Below, in pieces: positions 52,695 to 64,000 of a stretch of DNA of 64,000 nt. Origin of the DNA: Octopus bimaculoides (Eukaryota). The DNA is taken from the NCBI RefSeq assembly GCF_001194135.2, contig NC_068994.1, positions 31,224,755 to 31,288,754 of the forward strand, given 5' to 3'. Every line of letters begins with the position of its first letter. Position 1 is the first letter of the stretch. Under the pieces are notes generated by a model, which did no database searches, was not told where the DNA came from, and was given only the letters and a program-made list of their open reading frames with translations. The translations under genes were made by a program, and so were the position numbers.

Positions 52695-53765
52695 TGTGTG
52701 TATAGGTGTCTTGTCAGTAAGGTGACAGCCAACCATGAGTACAACAACGAATTTAGTGCAGCACTAACTAGTTCACCAGGACTTAGTCCCCTCTTATTCG
52801 TTGTAATCCTCCTGGACATAACAGGGATTTAGGAGTGGTTGCTTTTGGGAACTACTATATGCTGTTGACCTTGCTCTTATAGCGGAATCTGTAGCAGAAT
52901 TGAAAATGAGATTCCTGACATGGAGGTAAAACCTGGAATCAAAGGGTTGTAAAGTTAATCTAGCAAAGACCAAAGTTGTAGTTAGCAAGAAAGCAGTTAA
53001 GACTTTCTTTCCTTCAAATAAAGGAATCTGCCCAATTTGTAGAAAAAGTGTTGGAAGGAATTCCATTTAATGCACCAAGTGCAATCTGTGAACATACAAG
53101 GGGTGCAGTGTATCACAGGCAGGTTTACAAAGAAAGTAGTTTTGTATAGATGCATAGGAACAATAAACACTACGGACACATTGAAATTAGATTTTCTGAA
53201 ATGCCTAGGAGGCTTCGTAGGGGTTATAGACAATTTCTGTTACCTAGGTAACCAAATTAAGTGGGAGAGATGTTATGAAAGTATAGTTGCTAGAATAAAA
53301 ATAGGATGAAGAAAATTCAGAGAGCTATTACCTCTGTTGGCAACAAAAGGCCTCTCTCTCAGAGTGAAAGCCAGATTGTATGATGCTTGTGTACCAACAG
53401 CTGTGCTCCATTGTAGTGAGATATGTGCCTTGAATGCAGAGGGCATGCAAAGACTGGAGAGGAATGAAGCTTGTATGCTCTAATGGATGTACTACATCAG
53501 AGTGCAAATGTGTTAAGAGAAACATTAGGCATAAGCATGGTAGAGAGAAGACTTTGATGGTTCGGTTATGTGATGCATATGAATTAGGACAGCTGTATAA
53601 AGAAGTACCAATTGCTCAAAGTGGATGGAACCTGCAGAAGAGGGAGATCCAGGAAGACATGGGATGAAGTAGTGAGGGCTGATTTCAAGATGTTGAGCTT
53701 CACAGAAGAGATGGCAATGAACTAAGGTGCTTGGTGTTATAAAGTTCTTGAGAAGATCCACTCAC
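52695..53765 (+). mobile_element. RTE LINE RT-to-C-terminus fragment with PHD-like insert
   Basis: LSPLLF, ELLYAVDL, KVNLAKTKV, CPIC-x10-CTKC-x4-Y-x2-C, FCYLG, FRELLPLL, KARLYDACV. Confidence 0.9.
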
Positions 53766-54231
53766 CTCAGCAAAACTGAATTCTGGAAGCACTGTGTATT
53801 ATGTGTTCTCCACCCAGACATTACATTAACCCCACGTACATACACACACACACACACACACAATCCCAATGAACCAAACTACATTTCATCATGCACTATG
53901 CTTGTATCTCTCTCTCTCTCCTCTGTTCCTGCAGTCCAACAACACTATGCCATTGCTCTCTCCTGTCCGCCTTCCGCCAACTGTATTATTGTTATCCTAC
54001 TGCTCCTCTATATGCCAATATTCCCCATTCATTGATTTCCTTTCTCCCCTCACTCCCACTCTCCCTTTGCACTCTTTTGAACTCCTTGCTCACCCACCAT
54101 GTCCAATCTTTTGTACCATTTCATTTACATTCACCTCCTTGTACCTTGAGGGTATGTCCTGGCACATCATAACCATCCAGGGATGGTTATGAGCATATTG
54201 GGTAATTAACCAGTTGGCAACTTGGAGAATT

Positions 54232-54480
54232 TTAGAAGGGACTTCCTTTGGTGGGGATAGAGTTTAATAGTCTGAATGGTAAAGTTAGGATGTTAAATTT
54301 TTCTGCTAAGTAGAGTTGACACTTGCTACCCATAGAATGTGCTGGAGCTGATTCTATAGTAGTCCATTTAATGTTATTGTTAGACTCTAAATAGACTTTG
54401 AGAGAGTTCTTTTTGTCCTCATCTTGGGAGGTGTATGTATGCTGAGTATGCCTCAATCTAAGAGTATCCTCAGTAAGGTT
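54232..54480 (-). mobile_element. Penelope-like element, GIY-YIG endonuclease fragment
   Basis: LTEDTLRLRHTQH..NIKWTTIESAPAHSMGSKCQLYLAEKFNIL..LLN matches the GIY-YIG C-terminal pattern. Confidence 0.75.
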
Positions 54481-55685
54481 TACGAGGGTCAGTTGAAAAG
54501 TATGTTGACTGATCAAGATACTCTCATGGAACGTCACCAAATTAGGTTTATTTTACAACTTAGTCCCCCCTTGTGGTTCACTTCTTCCATTGGTGTTATA
54601 GTGCTTAGATCCCATTGGCGAAGGAGCTTTCATCCTGCTGGTCAAATAAGTTATCAACAGCAGATATGACATCATCATCACTGCAATACTGGTTCCCAGC
54701 CAAGTAATTTTTCATTTTGAGGAATAGATGATTGTCAGATGGGGCCAAATCAGAAGAATAGGGAAACTGATCAACCAATTCAAAGCTACAGTCACATACA
54801 GCAGCCATTGAAACCATTGATGTCTGGAGCATTATCCTGATGGGACAAAACTTCTTTTGTAACTGTTTTAGAAAATTGGCATAGTACTTTACATTGCTCA
54901 TATGGCCCTTTTGAAATAGTCAATAAACACAGTGCCTTGTATATCCCAAAATACTGAGGCCATCACCTTCCCTGCCGATGAAACAACTTTGACCTTCTAT
55001 GGAGCATATCATGAGAGGTGTTTCCACTGCATAAATTGTCTCTTTATCTCTGGTTCAAAGTGCTAAACCCAACACTCATCCTGGATTAGGAAATGTTCAA
55101 GGAAAGCAACTGAATTTAGCTCAAACAATATCAGATTTTCCCATGATATGATCAGCCTGGTGCACTTTTGATCAAGTGTCAGAAGACATGGCACCCACTG
55201 AGTAGAAACCTTCATTATGCCAAGTTCATTGTGCAGAATAGTCTCAATTCTCTCACAAGATATGCTAATAGCACTGGTGAACACAATCCAGGTTTTCTTC
55301 AGTGGTTGCAGTTGCAGGATGTCCAGACCTTGGGTCTTCAAGATTCTTCCTTTCCCTCCTGAATTCATCTGCCCACTCTTGCACAGTTTATAAACTGGAG
55401 TGTCATCCCCTAATGTAGCCACCATGTCAGCATGAATGTTCTGGGAGGCTAAACCCTTTTTCTGCAGGTACTTGATAACATGACGATGCCATATTTTGTC
55501 CATTTTCAAGAGAGGTTGCTACTAATTTTGAAATCTTCTTTTAAGAGTCACATGTCAGTTTACCTAGAAAGAAACAATGCAGTTATTTATAAGAATAGTT
55601 GAAATTTATGCAAGCAAGATTTCACAGCGCTCCTTCATCTCTCTCTTTCATAGTCAGCCTATGAACTTTTCAGCCCACCCTTGTA
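54481..55685 (-). mobile_element. mariner transposon with both TIRs, internally deleted
   Basis: TA-flanked TIRs tacgagggtcagttgaaaagt / acttttcagcccacccttgta; HRHVIKYL, WVPCLL, QDECWV and PYSSDLAPSD motifs. Confidence 0.93.
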
Positions 55686-55707
55686 TGTGGTATTTTGTAT
55701 TATTGCT

Positions 55708-58160
55708 ACTAGCAGAGATACCCAGCGTTGCCCGTGTCACATGCAATTGAAGAATGAGACTTTTCTGTTATATTTTCTGTAAGGAACTGGAATACATATG
55801 ATTCGAATTTCATCAAAATTGCACATGAGGGTTCTTTCCCTCTTTACACACCCTAAAAAAATTCTAATCATGAGACATGTATCCAATACTATTGATCTTT
55901 ATGAGCATATTCCAAAATTTCAGTCTTCTAGAACCTGTAAAAAGGATTTTGCTCCTGAAAAATGGAGCTCATGGAGCTCTAAAGTTTGGGAATGAGGGCC
56001 CCTATTGGGGGTGGGTGTGTTAATGTCAACCAGAGAAGTTGAATTGTTGGGAATGTTTTTAACTTGGGTCTTATAGTATGCCTGTATATATGTGAGAGTA
56101 TAGTCTCACTTTAATAGTTTGAGTATGAAATTGAAAGTATTTGAAATTACAGTAGCCATATGTTATTGTTTCACTTTTGATAGGTAATACTGAAATAGTG
56201 GAATAGTTTCAGTGTTAAAGTGAAAGTATCTGACATTACAGTAGAGTGGTGTCATTGTTACACTTTTGACATGTAATACTGAAATAGTGGAGGAGATATG
56301 ATATTGCTGTGGGCTCAAACTATGCAAGAAGTTAAAAATATTTTTGGCCTAAGACACTACATGGATCCTAAAAGGATTTTGCTCCTGAAAAATGGAGCTC
56401 ATGGAGTTGAAAAATGTGGGAGTTAAGGCCCCTATTGGGGGTGGGTGTATTAATGTCAACCAGAGAAGTTGAATTGTTGGGAATGTTTTTAACTTGTGTG
56501 TAATATGTATTGTTTGAATTTCTTTGAAATAGGAAATATATATATGTTCACTGGGTTTGTAAAAGAGAGCAAAGCTACAGGAAAGCAAAAGACGAATGAT
56601 CACGATAATCAGTCAGCTACCCTAGCCTAGTCGTTACTACTCCCCATACTTACTCTCACCATACATACTTACTACTCACCATACAGGTGACAGGCACAGC
56701 TGTAAGATACATTACAGATCTATAGCAATTGGAAGGGCATGGCCCAATTGAAATAACAACGTGTGACGTTTGGAGTAAAGGGAAATGAAAGTGTTGCCTC
56801 TGAAGTTTGCAAATGACCACTATACCGATAGGTAACTGTGCAGAAAAAATTTATAAACGATAAATGTCTTAGAACAACCAGTCACTCATCTGGGAATGTC
56901 TTGAAATCAATGTTACCAACTGGGGACTATGTGTGACTCAGTGATTATAAAAAGACTCAAAGGAGGTCTGCAACGAAATAATTTTACTCAACACTTTGCA
57001 AGTGAATCAGTGGAGGCAAAGATGCGTCTCATTTACTTGACAATTTATGCACCACTTTGCAGAAATCACAATGAAAGTATATCTGAAAGGGTAGTCTTAC
57101 ACTGTTGTACCGTTGAATTACAAATAATGCTCATCTGTTATGGTCAGGTGACCTTATAGCTTCCAATGGTACAACTGTATTCGTCTTTGCTTAGGAAAAA
57201 TGACTAAATTGTGGGTGTGAAGTCCCCATGAATAGGTTTTTGTAACTTCTAAGAAGAAGAAATTTTAGAAACATTACTTTATTTGTGTGTAATCTGGATG
57301 GTTANNNNNNNNNNNNNNNNNNNNNNNNNNNNNNNNNNNNNNNNNNNNNNNNNNNNNNNNNNNNNNNNNNNNNNNNNNNNNNNNNNNNNNNNNNNNNNNN
57401 NNNNNNNNNNNNNNNNNNNNNNNNNNNNNNNNNNNNNNNNNNNNNNNNNNNNNNNNNNNNNNNNNNNNNNNNNNNNNNNNNNNNNNNNNNNNNNNNNNNN
57501 NNNNNNNNNNNNNNNNNNNNNNNNNNNNNNNNNNNNNNNNNNNNNNNNNNNNNNNNNNNNNNNNNNNNNNNNNNNNNNNNNNNNNNNNNNNNNNNNNNNN
57601 NNNNNNNNNNNNNNNNNNNNNNNNNNNNNNNNNNNNNNNNNNNNNNNNNNNNNNNNNNNNNNNNNNNNNNNNNNNNNNNNNNNNNNNNNNNNNNNNNNNN
57701 NNNNNNNNNNNNNNNNNNNNNNNNNNNNNNNNNNNNNNNNNNNNNNNNNNNNNNNNNNNNNNNNNNNNNNNNNNNNNNNNNNNNNNNNNNNNNNNNNNNN
57801 NNNNNNNNNNNNNNNNNNNNNNNNNNNNNNNNNNNNNNNNNNNNNNNNNNNNNNNNNNNNNNNNNNNNNNNNNNNNNNNNNNNNNNNNNNNNNNNNNNNN
57901 NNNNNNNNNNNNNNNNNNNNNNNNNNNNNNNNNNNNNNNNNNNNNNNNNNNNNNNNNNNNNNNNNNNNNNNNNNNNNNNNNNNNNNNNNNNNNNNNNNNN
58001 NNCGAACTATGCAAGAAGTTAAAAAATTTTTTTTGACTAAAACACAACCGGGACCCTAAGTAAGGCATGTGTAAAATTTGAATGAAATTGGTTGTGTAGT
58101 TCTCGAGTTTTAGGGATTCACACACACACACACACACACATTCTCATTTTTATAAATATA
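55708..58160 (+). mobile_element. Helentron/DINE-like non-autonomous element spanning an N-gap
   Basis: 5' ACTAG..CCCAGCGTTGCCCG; internal direct repeats; 3' (CA)n-ttctcatttttataaatata. Whether it is one element or two across the gap is uncertain. Confidence 0.55.
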
Positions 58161-58439
58161 TTGCCAATCAATATAATCCTTTGTCATTTCCTCTACTTAG
58201 CAACTTCAAGTTAGTCTTCCATCTCTCTCTTCTCTCTCTCTCTGTTCTTGACACTTCTATTTACAGCTATACTTGTCCATATCCATTACACATGTCCACA
58301 CCAGCATAGCTTCCTCTCTTGCACATTATACCTTATTCTTCATACACCCAGTTTTTCTCTTAGTTTTTTTTTTTTTTTTTTTTTTTTAGTTTTACTGTTC
58401 TTGCATACCAACATTGCATATCCATCAAAGCCTACTAGT

Positions 58440-59040
58440 TTCATTTCTTTCTAGTCTTTGCATACCCTCTGCATTCACACCTATATCTCGTTATCATTTA
58501 GTTCTAACTCAAGTGTCATACAATCTGCCCTTCACTCTGAGGGAAAAGACCTTTATGTCTGCAACAGTAATAGCTCCCTGAACTTTTCCCCATCCATTCT
58601 TACTTTGGCTGCTATACTTTCAGAGCAAATAACTCCTCTTCTAATGATTCCTCTTAAGTAACAAAGGCTATTGACTACTTCCAGTATTCCCTCTAGCTAT
58701 TCAAAAGAATCTGTTTCTGTTGTGCTTTCAGTATGTATTACTCTAGTGCATTTGTTATAAAGCTTAGTGTCTCTGTTAGTCTGCCTGTAGTTCCACACCT
58801 CTTGTGTATCCATAGCTTACATTGGGTTCAGCATTTGGAGTTTATACCTACTCCTTTCCTGCATATCAATTGAGGCCATTTTTCTGATGAAACCAGGGTC
58901 CAATCTTCTTTCCTACTTACTAAAACTTTAATCTTTGTTATGTTTACCTTCAAGCCTTTCAATTTTCCATTTAGCTTCTATGCCTGATATTTCTTCTGTT
59001 TCCATAATAGATTCAGCATAAAAAAAAAGTTCCTATTGAC
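58440..59040 (-). mobile_element. Degenerate RTE LINE fragment (PHD-like insert region)
   Basis: Minus-strand remnants of a TQCKLW.HKRC-like segment and LEVVNSLCYL. Confidence 0.65.
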
Positions 59041-59778
59041 ACCTAGTTTTAAACTTTTTTGTGACGGCCTATAGGACTATAATGACTAGAAGAATTTGTT
59101 TGATTAAATTGTTCAAGACAGTTCAGTGACTGAAACTAAAATGATGAAAGATAACTCTCACAACTATAAACCTAGTTCCTCATTCATACTTTAACTTCTC
59201 TTCACACCTCATCTAAAGTTATCACTCTCGTTCTCCCTTTCAGTTAAAGGAGGCTCTTTAGTCTTGTGAATTACAAGGTATCTTCACTGGTGTTGTTGAC
59301 ATGAATAAAATAGCCAGTCCACTCTGTTAAGTGGTTGGTAAAAGCAGAGATATGATCCTTCCCCTCGTTGAATCATGTCATACCATCTGGGCGATGCCAA
59401 CATAGGAAGCAGAAGTAAAATTATAAATGATGAATACTCTAAAACAATAACCCTTATTGAATTTTTATAACGGAGCTACACAGCTACTTGCATTTAGAAC
59501 AAAGGTTGAGAATGATCAGTAGGAACTGCAAAGTGATAAATAGGTAATGAGATATTCAGATGGCCCCCTCATGGAACAAGATGTGTAAAAATAAGTGGGG
59601 ACAGCAGAACTAGGATTGTAGGTGTAGCAGGGACCATACTCCTTTTGTGTATTTGAAAATGTTCCTGCACATAATATTCTGTTGTTGTCTTTTGTTTGTT
59701 TGTGTGTTTTTACTTTATTTGGACTAAAGATTTGTTTTCATATGCTAACACTAAAGAACATTGAACCTAATTTCATTA

Positions 59779-60168
59779 GGTGCAGGAGTGACTGTGTGGT
59801 AAGTAGCTTGCTTACCAACCACATGGTTCAAGGTTCAGTCCCACTGCGTGGCACCTGGGGCAAGTGTCTTCTACTATAGCCTCTGGCCGACCAAAGCTTT
59901 GTGAGTGGATTTGGTAGACAGAAACAGAAAGAAGCCGATCATATATATGTATGTGTGTGTCTGTGTTTGTCCCCCCCCCCACCACCACCAACATCGCTTG
60001 ACAACCGATGCTGGTGTGTTTACGTCCCCATAACTGAGCGGTTTGGCAAAAGAGACCAATAGAATAAGTACTAGGCTTACAAACAATAAGTCCTGGGGTC
60101 GATTTCCTTGACTAAAGGCGGTGCTCCAGCATGGCCGCAGTTAAATGACTGAAACAAGTAAAAGAGTA
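59779..60168 (+). mobile_element. SINE family A, full length
   Basis: tRNA-like head ggtgcaggagtgactgtgtggtaag..ggttcagtccc; same body and tail as 25866-26293. Confidence 0.93.
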
Positions 60169-60359
60169 TATTCTCAAAACCATCATGATTTTAAATTTAA
60201 AATTAAGTTGTAAGAAGTGTACAGTCAGCATAGATTAGGATCTATTTAAATATGTACACAAGTAAACACACACATATTTCAACTGTAATCTTTATTTATT
60301 TATTTTCATTGCATTTATCCAGTCATTTCATAATTTTTTGTTCTTTTGTCTTTTCAAAG

Positions 60360-60506
60360 GTTGCTGGACATTCTCAACCAGGTGATGTTTTTGCTGTGAT
60401 TTCAAAATGGGATCTTGCATTCTCTCATCTGTTACTGCATCATTGAACACTTCAACATCAGAATTCAACCCAACAGAAACTAAAAGATTATTTCGGTAGT
60501 AAGAAT
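60360..60506 (+). other. Spliced 5' leader of the zinc-finger gene (acceptor AG at 60358-60359)
   Basis: Long polypyrimidine tract ..ttttgtcttttcaaag|G; in-frame TGA at 60444-60446 upstream of the ATG. Confidence 0.7.
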
Positions 60507-61907
60507 ATGGACTCGCTAGCAGCCGACACCCAGCAAATGCCTTGCCCAACTGCAGACTTATCAGTAACAGCTTCCCAGAAGCCGTACTCTGGGGTTACTT
60601 CCCCTCTAGTATCACCCGATGTTCCAACTTGTTATTCACAGTTACCCCCCTTGCCTGTATTGCCATCTGATGGCACTCCACCGGATAACTGCCAAAAATT
60701 AAACTCGGGGAACAATTCAACCCGAGTACAAGTGAAAACAGATCCGGGGGAGATGACTAACCCAGAAAGTACATCGACCAAAAAAAAGTCATCGACAAAA
60801 AGCACTGAAAAACCTTTCAGTTGCACCATGTGTGGGCAGCACTTTGCACGTAAAGACACTCTGCAGTGTCATAAGCGGACACATACTGGCGAGAGACCAT
60901 ACTCTTGCGATTCGTGTCCGTTACATTTTGCCCGACGCGATACGCTGCAGTGCCACCGTCGAACTCATAGCGGTGAGCGTAGGTTCATTTGTGAAGTGTG
61001 CCTGCAGAAGTTTGCTCGCAGGGACACACTCCACTGCCACCAGCGGACTCACAGCGGTGACAAGCCATTCAGCTGTGACTTGTGCATTCAGAAATTCGCC
61101 CGACGTGACACCCTGCTCTGTCATAGACGAACACATTCTGGTGAGAAACCGTTCGTGTGTCAGTTTTGCGGGAAAAGGTTTGCACGCACAGACAAGCTGC
61201 ACCGTCACAAGCGTACCCATCTTCGAGGTAATCCCACCACAACACCTGGCTCTCATTATAATCAGAATACAGCATCTAACTTAAGTGCTGGTAACAACCT
61301 GCATTGCAACAACAGCAGCTGCAACAGTAGCAACTGCAGCCTTAGTGCTATGCAAGGTCCTTGCAATGACAACTGCCTAAATTACAACAATAGCTCAGGT
61401 GCAAATACACCATGTACGAGTGCACTCTGTAATAGCTCAATGGGTTGCACCTACCACTGTAATGGTAGTGGATGCAATCAGGTAATTCCTGCAAATGTGC
61501 AGTGCAATGTATCAGGGTGCAATGGAATTTCATGTAACAGTAACATTTCCAACAGTGTGCCATGCTGCCCAAACATGATCAACACAAGCGGTTCTTGTGG
61601 AAACAGCAACATGTGCCTCACTTCCAACAGCCCCCAGTGCCATGACAGAAGTTCTGCCTCTGCCAGCACAGACACTACCACTGCCTCTTCTGTGGCACCC
61701 ACCTCTCTTCCTGCTGCTTCAGGTTGTGGTGGTCAGACCGTCGTGCTTTCCCACCATTCATCACAGCCTACAGCTGTAATGACAACTTCAGCAGCACCAA
61801 TGTTCACGACCAACTCCAACAACAACCTCACCAGCACAGGAACACTACAGAAACCTGATCGGTTCCAAGCCAATTCAAGCAACCAAATATGGCAGATATT
61901 CTACTGA
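60507..61907 (+). CDS. C2H2 zinc-finger protein (5 fingers, 466 aa) with Cys/Asn/Ser-rich C-terminal region
   Basis: Intact 1401-nt ORF; five C-x2-C-x12-H-x3-H fingers (60816-61220) with TGERP/SGE(D)KP-type linkers; basic KKK patch before finger 1. Confidence 0.96.
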   Translation: MDSLAADTQQMPCPTADLSVTASQKPYSGVTSPLVSPDVPTCYSQLPPLPVLPSDGTPPDNCQKLNSGNNSTRVQVKTDPGEMTNPESTSTKKKSSTKSTEKPFSCTMCGQHFARKDTLQCHKRTHTGERPYSCDSCPLHFARRDTLQCHRRTHSGERRFICEVCLQKFARRDTLHCHQRTHSGDKPFSCDLCIQKFARRDTLLCHRRTHSGEKPFVCQFCGKRFARTDKLHRHKRTHLRGNPTTTPGSHYNQNTASNLSAGNNLHCNNSSCNSSNCSLSAMQGPCNDNCLNYNNSSGANTPCTSALCNSSMGCTYHCNGSGCNQVIPANVQCNVSGCNGISCNSNISNSVPCCPNMINTSGSCGNSNMCLTSNSPQCHDRSSASASTDTTTASSVAPTSLPAASGCGGQTVVLSHHSSQPTAVMTTSAAPMFTTNSNNNLTSTGTLQKPDRFQANSSNQIWQIFY

Positions 61908-62267
61908 ATAGAGAACCAATTCAAATGTGGCAACTGAACACTTTCAACCTCATCAGATATCAGATTGGCTATTCTTCACCTATTACTTGATGCATCAGAT
62001 ACACTTCCTGTTTTGTTTTCAACTGTTGGAATATGGTTTGTGAGCACTGCATGTTCCAGTGTCTCAAAGGTTTTCAGATACTGGGGACTGGCAGCAGTGC
62101 TACACACCTATTTGCATTTTCTGTTTCTATGCAAATTGGTTCAAAAATCACATGGACACACGTGAATATACACATGAGTGTGTGTGCGTATGTTTATATA
62201 TACATATATATATGTCTGTGTGTATATGTATGTATGTATGTGTATGTACATATATATATATATATAT

Positions 62268-62303
<36 letters not shown>

Positions 62304-63180
62304 NNNNNNNNNNNNNNNNNNNNNNNNNNNNNNNNNNNNNNNNNNNNNNNNNNNNNNNNNNNNNNNNNNNNNNNNNNNNNNNNNNNNNNNNNNNNNNNNN
62401 NNNNNNNNNNNNNNNNNNNNNNNNNNNNNNNNNNNNNNNNNNNNNNNNNNNNNNNNNNNNNNNNNNNNNNNNNNNNNNNNNNNNNNNNNNNNNNNNNNNN
62501 NNNNNNNNNNNNNNNNNNNNNNNNNNNNNNNNNNNNNNNNNNNNNNNNNNNNNNNNNNNNNNNNNNNNNNNNNNNNNNNNNNNNNNNNNNNNNNNNNNNN
62601 NNNNNNNNNNNNNNNNNNNNNNNNNNNNNNNNNNNNNNNNNNNNNNNNNNNNNNNNNNNNNNNNNNNNNNNNNNNNNNNNNNNNNNNNNNNNNNNNNNNN
62701 NNNNNNNNNNNNNNNNNNNNNNNNNNNNNNNNNNNNNNNNNNNNNNNNNNNNNNNNNNNNNNNNNNNNNNNNNNNNNNNNNNNNNNNNNNNNNNNNNNNN
62801 NNNNNNNNNNNNNNNNNNNNNNNNNNNNNNNNNNNNNNNNNNNNNNNNNNNNNNNNNNNNNNNNNNNNNNNNNNNNNNNNNNNNNNNNNNNNNNNNNNNN
62901 NNNNNNNNNNNNNNNNNNNNNNNNNNNNNNNNNNNNNNNNNNNNNNNNNNNNNNNNNNNNNNNNNNNNNNNNNNNNNNNNNNNNNNNNNNNNNNNNNNNN
63001 NNNNNNNNNNNNNNNNNNNNNNNNNNNNNNNNNNNNNNNNNNNNNNNNNNNNNNNNNNNNNNNNNNNNNNNNNNNNNNNNNNNNNNNNNNNNNNNNNNNN
63101 NNNNNNNNNNNNNNNNNNNNNNNNNNNNNNNNNNNNNNNNNNNNNNNNNNNNNNNNNNNNNNNNNNNNNNNNNNNNNNNN

Positions 63181-63243
<63 letters not shown>

Positions 63244-63689
63244 ACTCACACACACACACACTCACTCACACATGCGCACACACAAAAAGATAGGTAGATA
63301 TATTGGCAAGTAAAATTTTTTACCCTTCCTTTGCCCTATTGTTTTGTCAAACACACAAATATAAGAATCACCACTCACTGCATATTGTTCCATCAAACAA
63401 TGTTATCAAACATCTTCATATGCAGCACAGTGTGCAGTCAGACATTGTTATGAAACTTCAGCCACCCCTGTTCCATCAGGCACCATTGTAAACCTTTTCC
63501 CCAACCCCCACTACATTTACTGTACTTTCAAACACCATTATATGAGTAAATAAAAAAAAAATAACAAAACAAAATGACTCCTACTTGTATCGTCAGACAT
63601 GCTTTAAGAAGACAAAGAACTCAAGGTATAACTCACAATTACAGTGATAATTTGGTGATGGAATTCTGGATTTGTATATATGTATAGCC

Positions 63690-64000
63690 TATATTGTTAA
63701 GAAGCTCACTTTGTAAAAACCTGGTTTCAGGTTCAGTTCTACCGTGTGGCACATTGTACAAGTGTCTACTATAGCCCGGGGCCAACTAATGCTCTGTGCT
63801 TGAATTTGGTTGATAGAAACTGTGAAAACCTGTCATATGTGTGTACCTCTTTGTGTATGTGTTTAATCTCCACCCCTGTCCCCATAACTTAGCTGTTCAT
63901 CAAAGAAACTGATAGAAATAAGTACTGGAGTTGATTTGTTTGATTAAACCTTTCAAGGCAGTTCCCCACCATAGCCACTGTCTGGTAACAAACAAGTAAA
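63690..64000 (+). mobile_element. Degenerate family-A-like SINE
   Basis: ggttcagttctaccgtgtggcac..actatagccc..gatagaaataagtactgg..ggcagttccccaccatagcc. Confidence 0.7.

Noticed and set aside
60632-61779. Antisense and alternate-frame ORFs overlapping the zinc-finger CDS
   Set aside because: Shadows of the real coding frame.

Overview
AT-rich, microsatellite-dense animal genomic DNA with many N-gaps. The SINE/LINE repertoire and C2H2 gene suggest an octopod cephalopod, probably Octopus (inference, no database check). Two host genes are supported. (1) A 7-coding-exon PACRG-like gene (PACRGL, + strand, 19954-39263, ~261 aa) that the ORF track misses; all exons join in frame through GT-AG introns. 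(2) A single-coding-exon C2H2 zinc-finger gene (60507-61907, 466 aa) with four near-identical RxDTLxCH recognition helices and an 18-Cys Asn/Ser-rich tail. The rest is mostly decayed transposons: RTE, R4/Dong, L1/Tx1-like and CR1 LINE fragments, a Penelope GIY-YIG fragment, three mariners, hAT/piggyBac/Tigger-like ends and MITEs, a Helentron-like element and several SINE families. The best leads are the iterated-helix zinc-finger protein (predicted reader of repeated NCG), a 364-bp near-perfect palindrome at 1767-2130, a chimeric RT-less Tx1-like LINE, and a PHD-like finger inside RTE ORF2. All family and gene assignments come from hand translation and remembered motifs; coordinates of degenerate repeats are approximate.
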